Counted from the first letter of the stretch, positions 14,973 to 28,900 are shown. The stretch: 64,000 nucleotides of DNA from Paraspadella gotoi (GCA_051294375.1 CM119267.1:2519315-2583314), one strand, 5' to 3'. Numbers and translations are program-made. Notes: generated by a model not told the origin, from the letters alone.

Positions 14973-15710
14973 TAACCAATTTTATTTCAATTATTTTACT
15001 GTGAACTTGATTAAATCAAATTGCGTAGATGGACAATCAGTTCGAGAGAGGACTCCACTCTCTCCTCTCTCTCCTCTCTTCTCTCTCTCTCTCTCTCTCT
15101 CTATACTCGGTCTCTCTCTTCTCTCTCCTCTCTCCTCTCTCTCTCTCCTCTATTCTAAGCTCAATCCCATACATGCGCAGATAAAATCATTTCCTAAAAT
15201 CAAGACGAAACACGAGTCATCATGCCAACTGGAGAGACAACCTACCTTTTTTCCTTCCTCCATTTCATTTACTCTCTCTTCTCTCTCTCTCTCTCCTCTC
15301 TCTCTCTTCTCTCTCCTCTCTCTCCTCTCTCTGCTCCTCTCTCTCTCTCTCTCTCTCTTATCTCCTCACTTTTGTCTTCCTCTTTGCTCCTGTNNNNNNN
15401 NNNNNNNNNNNNNNNNNNTTTCTCCTTTATACCAACCTTCTTTTTCTTTTTTAACTTTTTTCTTTTAATGTCGTTTATTACAAATTTCGTCTGCTATCGA
15501 GACTCCAACGAGTCACTTTTTGGTAGGTCTGTCTATCTGTTCCATCAAATCTGTTCCATTTATTTTTTTTTCTGCTCTCAACTTGGTTAAATTAATCACC
15601 TGACTTGAAATTTATTGTGTCATTTTAGTTAATACTTGGCAGGGTGGTTAAATATCAGTATATGCTTCTTGTGCATACATTTTATAATTACATAGCCACG
15701 TTACAACCCA

Positions 15711-15749
15711 TAACTAATAATAATAACTAATAATAATAATAATAATAAC

Positions 15750-15809
<60 letters not shown>

Positions 15810-15830
15810 TAATAACTAATAACTAATAAT
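15711..15830. repeat. (AAT)n microsatellite
   Basis: Direct; similar runs at 51034-51099 and 61518-61554. Confidence 0.95.
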
Positions 15831-15959
15831 AAAAAACCAATAACTAATACATTCGCAAAAGAAAAATCAGAGTGGCGAAACGCCTTCAACAAAAGATCGA
15901 AATTGAAATGAAAGAAAAAGCGTTTACTGTATCTTTGCATCATTTTCGTAAAGTGTTTG

Positions 15960-16040
15960 TTCACTTCATTATGGTCAGTTCACTTCATTGTGGTCAGTTC
16001 ACTTCATTGTGGTCAGTCCACTTCATTATGGTTTGTCCAT
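15960..16040. repeat. 19-bp minisatellite (ttcacttcattgtggtcag)
   Basis: About 4 copies. Confidence 0.8.
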
Positions 16041-16407
16041 CTTAATTTTTTCTTTCTTCCCTATGTTTCTTTCATTTCCTTCCTTTCTTTCTTCCTCAAT
16101 TTTTTCCTTCCTTCCTTTTTCTCTCTTTTCCTTATTCCTCTTTTCCTTCTTCTCTTTCCTTTCCTTCCTTCCTCTCCTTTCCTTTCTTCCTTCCACTCTT
16201 CCTTCTTTTACTTCTTCCTTCCTTTCCTTTCCTTTCCTTCCCTTCTTCCTTCCTACATTTTTTTTACTATTTTGCTTCTTCTCTTTCTTCCTTCCTTATT
16301 TCTCCTCTTCTTGTCCCCGACGAGAAAAACCACTTTATCTGCGCCAGGAAATCTGAGGCAGGAACTGCGGGGAAATGGCCAGATGAGGGAGAGAGAGAGA
16401 GAGAGAG

Positions 16408-16447
<40 letters not shown>

Positions 16448-16999
16448 AATGTCATCTCTCCGTTGGAGGAACACGCAAACGACAATTAGGTTTTTATAGA
16501 CTTTACTCATTATAACAATGATTCGATTTGAGACTCAATCTCTGTTTAGGGGAAAAACGATGGGACGAACTCTAGAAATGTCGCCGGAATCTTTGACATT
16601 TTTGGATATACATATTTCGCTTTATATGAAGCTTTTTCACTTAATTCTTATTCGTTTTCATTCATCGATTCGTTTCTTTAATTTGATAATTTTATTTTTT
16701 GAGTCGCAATTACGGGTTCGAAACTTATTTGGTTTAAATATTAAATCTGTTTACTCTTAAATTTTATTATTATTATGATCAATAAAATTTTAATGTCATG
16801 AAAAGGATTGAGGGTTGAGGCTTGAGTCGCTGTCGCTGCAAAAAAAATTGTATTCTTCAAATAATCTTTCGTGATTGGTCTCGTCCGACCAATCATCAAA
16901 TATCATCCAATATTGTCAGCGTTATCAAAATGTATTAATACGCTTAAATCTTCAATAATGGTTAATTCGTTAACTTTTTCACCTTTTGTTGTTGTTTTG

Positions 17000-17070
17000 T
17001 TTTTAGTCGCGGAGCAACTCTATAAGTCACTTTTCGGTCGGTCTGTCGGTATGTCTGTCCGTCGGTCCCA
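17000..17070 (+). mobile_element. Helentron-associated (HINE/DINE-1-like) element 5' end
   Basis: TTTTTAGTCGCGGAGCAACTCTATAAG followed by a GTCG/GTCY tetramer run. Similar ends at about 39996(+), 55615(+), 58505-58557(-) and 24095-24185(-). Family assignment is by structure only. Confidence 0.45.
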
Positions 17071-17320
17071 CTTTCGTTCAAATTGCATATAATTTGCTTA
17101 TCGTTGGTTGCTCATTTGTTAAGACAGAAAAAAACCTCAGATCTAAGGGACATCAAGCGCCGCCTTCAGGAAATCCTAAAACTAAAATAGAATAAAAAAC
17201 GTAATTTTGATGCAGTGCATGTCATAAATACACGGGCAAAAAAAGTTTTTTGTCATATAATGTCATGTCATATCATGTAATCAAAATAAAGTCACTGTGG
17301 ACAAATTTCTCTTTCGCCCT

Positions 17321-17570
17321 ATTTTAATTGTTGTCTTCATTTTAATTGTTATTTTTATTTTAATTGTTGTCTTCATTTTAATTTTTGTCTTCATTTTAAT
17401 TTTTGTCTTAATTTAAATTATTGTCTTCATTTTAATTTTTGTCTTCATTTTAATTGTTATTTTTATTTTAATTGTTGTCTTCATTTTAATTTTTGTCTTC
17501 ATTTTAATTTTTGACTTAATTTAAATTATTGTCTTCATTTTAATTGTTGTATTCATTTTAATTGTTGTCT
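17321..17570. repeat. 18-bp minisatellite (attttaattgttgtcttc)
   Basis: About 13 tandem units. Confidence 0.88.
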
Positions 17571-18254
17571 TCGTTGTCCTTTTCTTCATCGTCGTCTTCA
17601 TCATCATCGTTGTCGTCATCGTCTTCATCGTTATCATCGTCGTTGTCCTCGAGATCGTTGTCGTCGTCGTCATCATTGTTCTCATCATCATTGTCTTCAA
17701 TTTTCGTCCTCATCTGCCTTCAGATCATTCGTCCGTCTCATCATCCGTCGTCGTCTCATCAAATTCCGTCGGTCATTCATCATCATCGTCGGTTCAATGA
17801 CTTTCAGTTGTCCTCATCGCGTCGTCATCGATCGTCGGGTACATCGTCTCGATGGCAATCTCGTCAGTCATTCGTCATCGGTATCGTCGTCATCATACGT
17901 CAGTCTTCATGTCGTCATCGTCATCATCTTCATTCACATCCGTCGTCGTTTCTTTCCATTCGTCGTCGTCCATCTGTACATCATCTTCAATCATGTCGTT
18001 TCGTCGTCCTTTTCATTATTCGTGCGGGTCGTTTCATCGTCATGGTCTTCGTCGTCATTTTCTTTCCAGTCAAATTCCTTTTTTTCGGTCGAACGAATCG
18101 ATGAATTTATGAAGAATCGATCTTCAGATTCAATGAGAAGAGATCATAATTTCGAAGAAGGAGAAAGGGAGGAGAGAGGAAGAGGGGGAGGAAATATAAA
18201 AGATAGAGAGGAATTGTACTCTCTCTCTCTCTCTAAGAGAGAGATCTTGTTTAG

Positions 18255-19560
18255 TTGGGAAAAACGATGGGACGAACTCTAGAAAATGTCGCCAGGAAAT
18301 CTTTGACATTTTTGGTATAATAACATATTTCGCTTTATATTTAAAGCTTTTTCACTTATTCTTATTACGTTTTCATTCATACGATTCGTTTCGTTTAATT
18401 TGATAATTTTATTTTTTGAGTCGCAATTACGGGTTCGAAAAGCTTAATTTGGTTTTAAATATATAAATCTGTTTACACTTAAATTTTTATTATTGATGAT
18501 CAATAAAATGTTAATAGTCATGAAAAGGATTGAGGGTTGAGGCTTGAAGTCGCTCTCGCTGGCAAAAAAAATTGTAGATCTTCAAAAATAAATGCTTTCG
18601 TGATGTGGTCTCGTCCAGGACCAAATCATCATGCAAATATCATCCAAATATTGTCAGGCGGTTAGTCAAAAATGTAATTAATAGCGGCTTAAAAATCCTT
18701 CAATATGGTTAATTCGTTTAACTTTTTCACCTTGTTTTGTTGTTGTTTTGTTTTTAGTGGCGCCGGGCGAGTAACTCGCGGAGCAAACCTATAAGATCAC
18801 TTTTCGGATCGATCGGGGGACGCGGCAGTCGCGTCGGTCTGGGTCCCACTTGAACGGCGTTCAAATTGCACTATAATTTGCCTAACGTCCGATCAGATGA
18901 GCATGATGTACTTGTTAAGAAAGACAGGAAAAAACCTCAGATCTAAGGGACTGCAGAGCGCCGCCCTCAGAAAACAGTTTAATTGTTATTTTCATTTAAT
19001 TGTTGTCTTCATTTTAATGTTTTTGGTCTATCATTTTAATTGTTAGTCTTCAATTTTAAAATTTTTGTTTAATTTAAATTATTATGATTGGTTGTCTTCG
19101 TTGTCGCTTTTCTTGCGTCGTGCGTCTTCATCATCATCTGTAGATGTGTGCATCGATCTTCATACGTTATCAATCATCATTGTCTTCATTTCGTCCCTCA
19201 TTGCCTTCGCATCATCGTCGTCCGTCTTCATCATCGTCGTCGTCGTCATCAAATTGTCGTCATTCATCATTGTCTTCAATGACTCAGTTGTCCTCATGCG
19301 CGTCCGTCATCAACTCTTCATACATCGTCTTCGATGCAATCATCGTCGTGCAGTCATCGATCGTCAGTCAATCGTCGTCTTCATTCGTCATCGTCATACG
19401 TCATGGTCTTCCGTCGTCATTTTCCGTTCCAGTCACAATTCCTTTTTTTCGGTCGAACGAATCGATGAATTTATGTAAGAATCGATCTATGCAGGAATCA
19501 ATGAGAAGAGAATCAATAAATTTCAGGAAGAAGGAGAAAAGGGAGGAGAGAGGAAGAGGG
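18255..19560 (+). repeat. Tandem near-duplicate of about 16545-18185 (insertion-rich copy)
   Basis: gggaaaaacgatgggacgaactctagaaa through cggtcgaacgaatcgatgaatttatg..gagagaggaagaggg occurs twice. Confidence 0.88.
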
Positions 19561-20752
19561 ACGCGCGTCATAGAGACGTCGTGACTTCTGAGGGGAGGGA
19601 GAGGAGCAGAGCAGACTATGTGGATATTGTTGTAGCGAGCCGAAGCAGAGATGCTTGAGCAGGTAGTGTTCGGTACGCGGCAAGTGCAGAACACGACTCA
19701 TCAGTCAGTCGGACAGCTAGATGGTCACAGGTCGTTGACATGCAAGTACAGCGCGATGTTCTCTCTCTCTCTCTCTCTCCTCTCTAAAATTATTTTAGCC
19801 AGATTTCTTGACTCCCTGTAAAGCTTCATACGAATTTTCAATCAAACCAATCAATCAAATCAATTTCTTTAAACGNNNNNNNNNNNNNNNNNNNNNNNNN
19901 TAACTTTGTCGTCAATCAATTTCCTCTTTTCAACTCGGCCTTTTATTTCCTTATTGCAAAAATGCCATCTGTCGGGCGTCGACTCTTCGTCCCCAACTCA
20001 TCCTCATNNNNNNNNNNNNNNNNNNNNNNNNNNNNNNNNNNNNNNNNNNNNNNNNNNNNNNNNNNNNNNNNNNNNNNNNNNNNNNNNNNNNNNNNNNNNN
20101 NNNNNNNNNNNNNNNNNNNNNNNNNNNNNNNNNNNNNNNNNNNNNNNNNNNNNNNNNNNNNNNNNNNNNNNNNNNNNNNNNNNNNNNNNNNNNNNNNNNN
20201 NNNNNNNNNNNNNNNNNNNNNNNNNNNNNNNNNNNNNNNNNNNNNNNNNNNNNNNNNNNNNNNNNNNNNNNNNNNNNNNNNNNNNNNNNNNNNNNNNNNN
20301 NNNNNNNNNNNNNNNNNNNNNNNNNNNNNNNNNNNNNNNNNNNNNNNNNNNNNNNNNNNNNNNNNNNNNNNNNNNNNNNNNNNNNNNNNNNNNNNNNNNN
20401 NNNNNNNNNNNNNNNNNNNNNNNNNNNNNNNNNNNNNNNNNNNNNNNNNNNNNNNNNNNNNNNNNNNNNNNNNNNNNNNNNNNNNNNNNNNNNNNNNNNN
20501 NNNNNNNNNNNNNNNNNNNNNNNNNNNNNNNNNNNNNNNNNNNNNNNNNNNNNNNNNNNNNNNNNNNNNNNNNNNNNNNNNNNNNNNNNNNNNNNNNNNN
20601 NNNNNNNNNNNTCTTTTTCCCCTACCTCATCCTCTTCCTCATCCTATTCTTCATTTACCTCTCCCTTGGCGTGTCCCAATATCTTTGCTTAATATTCCGA
20701 ATCATCAGAGGAGGAAAAATACAGCGATTTCATTATTGCCAATCATGCAAAG

Positions 20753-20794
<42 letters not shown>

Positions 20795-20962
20795 GAGAGA
20801 GAGATTGTTAGAGAATCAGTTTGACATTTTCTCTTCCCTTAACAGAGCAATTTTATTGACGGAGGTTTTGTTTTTCCCAATTTCTTATCTTATCTCGTTC
20901 GTTATAATAAAGATTTGCACAAACCAGGAATCTCTCTCATCCTCTCTCTCTCTCTCTCTCGT

Positions 20963-21002
<40 letters not shown>

Positions 21003-21399
21003 CTCTCTCCTCTCTCTCTCTCTTCCGTCTCCTTTCCCCTCACCCTTTTAAATGAAGGAAAAAGGAAATTAGATCCCACGGAGCAGAATGGAAAGACTCA
21101 ATTCCCAATTGACTTTCGCGATGAAAAATGATGCGCAATTATCAAATTTAAATTTGTCTCTTTACTTCCGTCGCATTTCGTGCCGAATTTTAAAAAGTTT
21201 ATTGCAAAAAAAAAAGGAGATTGATTCTCAGATCGTTCAGGTTCTTTGCACGTGACCCAATCGTCTACAAAATGAGATATGATTAGAAAAAGGATAAAGT
21301 TTAATCATTAAGGAGGTAACGGAAAAAAAAACCAAATATGACAGTATAAAATGTATAAAAAAATTCTTAAAATTCAGCTCCTTGTATTTTGATGCTAGT

Positions 21400-21692
21400 G
21401 CGGAGTACATATAGTATTCCCCGATCTAATACTTAAGGGAGTGGTCTTTTCATACAATTTAAACTTTCTTTGAAATATTATACCACTTCATTGATAGGGA
21501 AGCCAGGTTCACTGGGAGTGAATAAATAAGACTATGAGAGAGTCTTGATTGAAAGCTTGCAGAAACCTGCTATGTTATTATCTTGTAAGTGTGATGGAGG
21601 CCTTAAACCGCCAAAGCCTGTCCAAAGTCAGGGACAAGATAGCTTATTTATTAAATGAATGGATAATTTTTATATTGGTTGTACCAATTTCA
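21400..21692 (+). mobile_element. Dispersed repeat family A (about 300 bp), fullest copy
   Basis: Diagnostic strings gtcttgattgaaagcttgcag, ctgctatgt, gatggaggccttaaacc, aagatagc, aatgaatggataattt recur at 23311-23462(-), 32090-32380(-), 32395-32560(-), 39770-39860(-), 56440-56700(+), 58235-58450(-). Confidence 0.75.
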
Positions 21693-22394
21693 TATAACAT
21701 GCTCCAAGAATTTTATTTTAATTAACTTTCTAATTTTAATCCATCAAAAAATCAAATATAATTTTGATAATACGTATTTCTTCGTTTAATCGAAAAACAC
21801 GGAATCTCACGAAAAACGGAACCAAATCGTGAATCATGATTGGTCGCCGACGGAATCGTCTCGACCAATCAGCGATCAAACTCAACCCTTACTCTTGACT
21901 TGTTTTATGCCTGCTTGTTGCTTTGTTGCAGTACAGACAAATCATTCTGACTCCCGCATTAGTCTCACAGTCAATGTCTGCATCTATTTTACTCTTAATT
22001 ATGTAATATCATAAGTCATTTAAAATTAAATTTATAATGTTGCTTCAATATCTTGTTTGTCAATTCGATGTTATTTTGTCATCATTGTGTCATCATCATT
22101 TTATCATTGCGTCTTGCTAATGAAAACAATACTTAATTTAATAAACCCTTTTAAACGATTGATTTTTCCTCCTGCGATTTAATTTAATCTTTTTGTTTCT
22201 GTTTTTTGCCGCCGAAATTCCCAGCGCCCTCCTCCGGCCAAAAAAAAAAACCAGACGCCCACCATGAGTTCGGTGTTGATTCTGCAAACAACGAAAACAG
22301 TAGAACAAGAAAAAAATCCGATGATCAAATTCCGTCCAGATATGGAAGGAAATCCGTGGCTTTGTTTTCCTATCTCTCTCTCTCTCTCTCTTCG

Positions 22395-22430
<36 letters not shown>

Positions 22431-23186
22431 CTTCTCTATTCTATCTATTCTCCTGTCCTTCTAGTCCTTTTCTATCCCTCCTTAGCTCTCGCAACCCCAT
22501 CTCTCTCTCCTCTCTCTGTCTCTTTCTCCTCCTCTCTCTTCTCTTCTCTCATGACTCTCTCTCTCTCTCTCTCCTCTCTGTCTCTCTTCCCCCTTCTCCC
22601 CTCCTCTCTCTTCATCTTTCTCTCTCTCTCTCTCTCTCTCCCTTTCTTTCTATTCCTCCTCTTATCAACTATTTCAATGCCTGCCATTACCCGTTCCTCT
22701 CCCGCACTGCCCACCAGCCTTTTTGTTTTCCTTCTTCCAAAACTGAGAAGTATCCCATTTCCCATTTCCTTCTTTTTCCCCATATCTTATTTTATGGTGT
22801 TTCACTGCTCCATGTGCTTCCATGTCGTTTGATAGCGCTCCATGGTGTTCCACGGCGTGCTATGTCATTGCATGGTGTTCCATAGCTTTCTATGTCGTGC
22901 CTATTTAGTGATCCTTAGCGCGACATGGCATTTCCTTGCTCTGCATGGTGTTTTAAGGTATTTTAGAAAGTGCGTTATAATCCTATTCAGTTTTCCATGA
23001 TGTTCTGACTTCTGTGGCTTCCCATGTTGTTCGATGTTGTTCCATGGGATTCTACAGATTTTCATGGTGTTTCAGTCGTTCTACAGTATTCCGCCGGTCC
23101 TCGGTTTTCCGCCATTTTCCCTAGCGAGTGGTGATGACGAATTTCTTCTCAAAATATCGTTACCGCGGGTAAAATATTGTGTCGAA

Positions 23187-23231
23187 CACGTGGTTGCCAA
23201 AGTAACCGAGCCGCTCGGTTGCCATAGCAAC
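23187..23231. promoter_or_regulatory. E-box plus two RFX X-box-like motifs
   Basis: CACGTG 23187-23192; GTTGCCAAAGTAAC 23193-23206; GTTGCCATAGCAAC 23218-23231 (fits consensus GTYNCYATRGNAAC); set in a CpG-rich patch with minus-strand aaaATGGCGG at 23115. Confidence 0.55.
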
Positions 23232-23310
23232 TAGTTTTTTATTTCAATCGCTGCTGGCGACTTTTTTACATTGTTCAATTTGAACGTAACTGGGTAGTTT
23301 ATATTGTAAG

Positions 23311-23462
23311 AAATTGGTACAACCAATAAAAAAATTATCCATTCATTTTATAAATAAGCTATCTTGCCAAAGACTTTGGACAATAGACAGACTTTGGTGG
23401 TTTAAGGCCTCCATCACTCTTACAAGATAATGACATAGCAGGTCCCTGCAAGCTTTCAACCA
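23311..23462 (-). mobile_element. Family A repeat, partial inverted copy
   Basis: Reverse complement of about 21550-21692. Confidence 0.7.
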
Positions 23463-24217
23463 GTATATTATATATTACATGGTACGTTCGCCAAATCTAT
23501 GTTATGATGATCAATAATAATTCTCTTAAATTCTTATGGATTCTATTTGGTAGGTCGGTAATAATAAAAATAAATAATATGTAAAATGTCTGCAGTTTAG
23601 ATTTCTAGGAAGTAAACATATCAGAACCCGACTTCGTTGACGTAAATTTCTTTTCTTTTTTTCTTTTTTTTTTCTATTTTTTTTCTTTCTCACGGTTGCG
23701 CGAGAAAGAATAGCTCGAAAGCTTTGGCATTTATGAAAAAAGGGAAAGAAAGAAAATATCAAAAGAAAATATTAAAAAAAAGGATAAGTAGAAAACTGGG
23801 GCTTAGGGGCGAGATGGAAGAAAATAAGAAGAGTAATTCCGATGTGTTGCGCCGCAGTGACTTTCTTATGACATGTGATAACGATGACAAAATACTCACT
23901 GACAGAAACCAATGAGCGATTGGCCCGCACTACATGGGAATTCCGTCTTTTATTGTTTATGTGATTTCCTTTTAAAACAAAAGGATCGCAGTCGCTTAGA
24001 ATCTAAGTTAGATTCGAGGTTCTTATTGAAAAGTTAGAGTTGCTTATGTTAAATAAGATATATATAAAATTATACAATGATGATAATACATACAAACATA
24101 CCGACCGACTTACCAACTGAAAAGTTGCCTATTTTGTTCCTCCGCGAGTACTCGCGGCGCGACTACTCGCGGCGCGACTAAAAATGAGGTTGAAGAAAGA
24201 AAAAATGGTAAAGGTAG

Positions 24218-24343
<126 letters not shown>

Positions 24344-24899
24344 CGGTACCTCAAAACTACGATGAGAAAATATCGTGGATGAAAAAATACACAAAAGTTG
24401 CAAAAATGGAATTTCTAACGGGCTCTAAAACCCGCGGGGAAGCTTTTCCTCCCTGTTTAAAAAAAAAAAATGTGAGAAAATTTCTTCTTTTTTTTTAATA
24501 CTTAAAGTAGAAGGCAAAACATCTTTTTTTTTAATATCCTTTTTTTAAAAGTTTAACGTAGAGAACTCAAAAAAAAAAATCTTTCCCGCTTGAAATTCTA
24601 AAGAAATCTCCCGAATATTATCAGCGTTGATTTTCTATTCATTCTTTTTTCTTCTCTTATTCTACCTTATTTTTTCGAGGCATTTCCCCTTTTTAAGGCT
24701 TTTCTCAAATCGTCTTCCCCATTAAGGTTTGACGTCGGGACTTTTTATGGTGGGTGAGAGAAAATGAAAATGGTGGTTTGGGGAGAAAATTCAAGGTATC
24801 GCTCAGATAGCATTATATTCATTCTTTTATTCAACGATTAAAATATTTTTTTTATTATTTAAATTTAACGTTCTATTTTTTTTTTAATTTTAAAACTTA

Positions 24900-25040
24900 T
24901 GGTGAGGGATTAGGTTAGGGAAAAGGGTTAGGGATCAGCTTAGTAATTTAGTTAGGGATAAGGGTTTAATGGTTAGGGTTGAAGATTAGGTTAATTTAAG
25001 GGATTAGGGTTAGGGATTAAGCTAAGAGATTGGGTTACAA
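24900..25040 (+). repeat. Degenerate TTAGGG-like interstitial tract
   Basis: ggattaggttaggg..gggttagggattaa; weaker tracts at about 29195-29290, 37460-37500 and 56950-57050. Confidence 0.55.
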
Positions 25041-25430
25041 ATTTGATCACATATAATGGTTCAATAATATGGTTAAAATCAATTTCCGGATTAGGGAACT
25101 AAAATTGGGCGCTTATGGAAAAGAGAGCCATGAATCCCGTTTTAAAAGCATTTGGATCATTTAAAGATTCAATAATGTAACATAAAAAAACAAACAATTA
25201 AATTCAAATATTTTACATTTCACTTTTGCTCAAAAGTTTTGATATTGCAGTCTAATTTGTTGACTTGTATTTGTACTTTTTTATTTATCATAAATAGCCA
25301 TAGGCATCTTTGACATTACATGAAAACAAGTTACTATTAAATATTGAGTATTATGAGACCAAAAATGGAAAGAAAGAAACAGAAAAAAGTGGAAAGCAAA
25401 GCAAAGGACGAAAATTAAGAAAGAAAGAAA

Positions 25431-25461
<31 letters not shown>

Positions 25462-25570
25462 TAGAGAGAGAGAGAGAAATAGAGTTAGAGAGAGAAATTA
25501 GAGAGAGAGAGAGATAGAGAGAGAGAGAAAATAGTGAGAGAGAGGAAAGAGATAAAAGAGATGAGATAAG

Positions 25571-25601
<31 letters not shown>

Positions 25602-25614
25602 TAGAATAAGAGAG

Positions 25615-25663
<49 letters not shown>

Positions 25664-25887
25664 AGAGCCGCAAAGGCGCCCCATGAAAAATCATCAGATG
25701 AATGAAGAAACGCGCAAAGATCATCAGGAACAAGTTCCTTGAGGCGTGATGGAGGAGGAGGAAGAGGAGGAGGAGGAGGAAGAGATGCTGGTGTTGTTGC
25801 TGTAGTGATGGTGACGATCGAGAGTGAAAGGTGTGAATGAGCGACGTTGATTGATGGTGAAGGGAGCGTTGTTGTTGTTGTTGTTAT

Positions 25888-25956
<69 letters not shown>
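25888..25956. repeat. (GAT)n microsatellite
   Basis: Direct. Confidence 0.95.
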
Positions 25957-25957
<1 letters not shown>

Positions 25958-28900
25958 CTCCAATTATCTGCCTCCTTCATTTTTAACTCTACGACTCTTG
26001 GATCATAATTTATCTTTTTTTTTTCTCCTCCGTGTAACATTGTCATTAAAGTTATAAATAATAATATAATAATGATATTTTGTTTAATATTAAATTCCCT
26101 TAATTTTCCACGCGATTGAAGACAAAATTACTTCACGAGTCTTTCTGATTTGGCCTTTTTTTCTTTCACTCTCTCTCTTCTTCTCTCTCCCTGCTCTTCC
26201 CTCTCTCTCTCCTCTCTCTTCTCCTTCTCGTGCTCCTTTCTCTTCCCTCTCTCTCTCTCTTCATCCTCTTTTTTTTCTGAAGGAACGCACCTCGTCATAT
26301 AGATTCGTTGGTGTGGGTGACCGAAAATTTAAAATTCTCAGATATAGAGCGGGAGAGAGAGAGAGAGAGAGAGGAGAGAAAGGGTATCAGGAGAGAGGAC
26401 ATGCGGGAGTGCGTCGAAGACTGAGAGAGCTCGAACGTTTCGCAGGTCTGCACGGATCTCCTTCGTCCGTCGTCTCCATCACTTTTCCTTTCAAGTTTAT
26501 CCTCTATCGCTTTATTCTTCCAATTTATATTTTTCGATGAATCTATAATTTTCGTTCCAAGAAATTATTCAAAATATTCTATTATAGGCATCTAGGACGG
26601 ACGACGACGATGGCGGGTTTGATTAGCAAATTATGACTCATTGCAAATCAAACGATTTTACATGAAAAACTATTGGATGTAAAAGTTTTGAGCAATATCG
26701 CCGGATCTGGCCAACGATTAATTTAGATATAGTCGTCTAATCAAAAATGATAAACGTTACAATATTTTTGAATTCCCAACTAGATATATACTTCATGAGG
26801 GAATTATTTTAATATGCATTTGCTCCATTTAAAAAAAGTTAAAGAAAAGCAAAAAAAAAGCCCCGGGCCCTTGGGGGCCAACACGTAAAAAAAACCCATT
26901 TAATTTGGGTGATGAAAGAGGGGCGCGAAAAATAGGCATGTAATCAATAAGATTATGAATAATACCTATATTAGATTGTCGTTCTCTTTTCTTTGCTACA
27001 ACTATTTTATATTCTATCATAACGTTTCTTTGATTTAGGATGATAATAATATTTGTTGGGTAGCTAATGATTGGTCTGTATGACTAATCCAAGCGTTGGG
27101 ATTATTTCAGTCGTATGTTTCAATATTTAATTCACACTTTGTTGTCTGCAATAAACTTCATATTGGATTAGTATAGAACGGAGAGAATGTGTTGATACCC
27201 GGTGGTGTGAGCCATTCTCCCGGACGCTCAGGACTGCCCGGACATAGCATAACACTTAACCAGCGGAAACAGTGAGGGCGATTGAACCCGGAACTCAGTT
27301 GGTAAAGCGAGTTTTTACAGTAACTGTCCAAAGCTAATGGGACGAGTGAGTTTGAATCAGTCTATCGGGCTAGCATAAGCTTTGGAACTAAAAAACTACT
27401 AACTTGATTATGTTACGCTTCTAATAATAATAACTTATTTTTAACATGTTTACCAAATCAGAATCGTTTTCTTTTTTTCTCGTCTATTAAACGAAACTCC
27501 ATTTTGAAAATGGCAACGGCGTACGAAATGCGAAATTTTTAACTCGAAAAGTCGGCTTGAAAAAACCCAAAGGCAAGAGAAGAAAACTCGCCGTAAAACT
27601 GGCGGGCGAATTTCTGTACATCAGGTTAAAAGATTTTCAAGTTTCTCTTCGGCAATTTCGATGGAGTCCAGTCTTGCTTGGGATCGTACGTCGAGCAGAA
27701 ACCCTCGGTTTCGTGCGGCAGATAATTTTTAAATAATGGAGCAGCCAACGCCTTTTGACATTGCTCTTCAGCGATAACGATTTGTATTCTATATCGCCAT
27801 TAAATCCTGGAAAGGGAAATTTGACGGTATTTAAAAAAATGGTATTTCGACCAGGTATGATGAATGGAGTACCGCAACGTCTCACAAATAAACGGCGATG
27901 TTCGTTAAGCGAGATGAATTGAATCCTCCGTATTCGAAATCGATTAAAAGGAAAGTTCTATTCTTGACCCAAATTTGTGTTAAGAAATGTGTTTTAAATA
28001 AGACTTAAGTGCCCAAAATCACCCGAAAAAAAAAGAAAAAATAAAGCTTACTTGTCCCAGAACAATTGTTTCAAGAGATCAAATCGTTGTTGACAAAAAG
28101 ACGATTGCGCGACGGACTTTCGTTTTTTTATCGATTTTTTCCAAATCGATGGAGAATTTTTTTTCTGAACTGAAGATACGAGACGGGCAGGGAGTTTGAA
28201 AAGTCGCTCACTTATTCTCTCGCTCCACACGAAAAGTAGAAGCCGTACGAAGTCATGTAGCTTCTTCCAACGCAAGCAACGGGTATTTGTCTTCGCCTTC
28301 GGGTTTGTAATATTTTTTAGCAAATTAACTAAAAAATGTATTTAAATATTAGCCGCTTACTTTTGGGCTTTTTATTGGCGTGAATCCTGACCCATTTCGG
28401 GCAATGACGAGTCGATCGACTTTAAGTGCCTATTGTTGAAAAGTCGAGCGTTTACGCCTTGGACGTATCCGTAGCAAAGTTCCATTGTTTTAAACTCGTC
28501 GCTTGAAATGGGGCCGTGGCGCTTCCTAGTTCGGAAGAGCATCTTAATTTTTTCATTCAACTCTTCTTCACGATCCAATCCATAGCTTTTTCGGTTTTCT
28601 GGAGGGTCAAGACCAATATAACGTGGAAATAATGGGCCTTGTTTGAAATTATTTTTTAAGTGTAAAATTTAAAATTTATTCTTCGCTAAATGGTTCGTCC
28701 TACAAACGTCGCATTTTAGTAAAAAAGCTAACTCCTGTTTCCACTCTTTGTTCAGTTGTTATCTTACAGATATTAATTTGATTTGACCACAATACAAATT
28801 GGGCTGAACTAGGGCTCTGGTTGACAATCATAGTCCACTGCTGTTTCAAATGATTAAAAAAGTTACATTTTTTTATTGCCAACATTTTAGGACGAAAAAA

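Noticed and set aside
19906-21131. ORFs spanning N blocks here and elsewhere
   Set aside because: Length is an artefact of undetermined bases.
24900-25040. Telomere or chromosome-fusion site
   Set aside because: Highly degenerate, short, single orientation, and similar tracts recur elsewhere in the window.
25660-25760. RLKELVPDDL resembling a myosin VII FERM segment
   Set aside because: Short match embedded in microsatellites, with no donor site or supporting exons.
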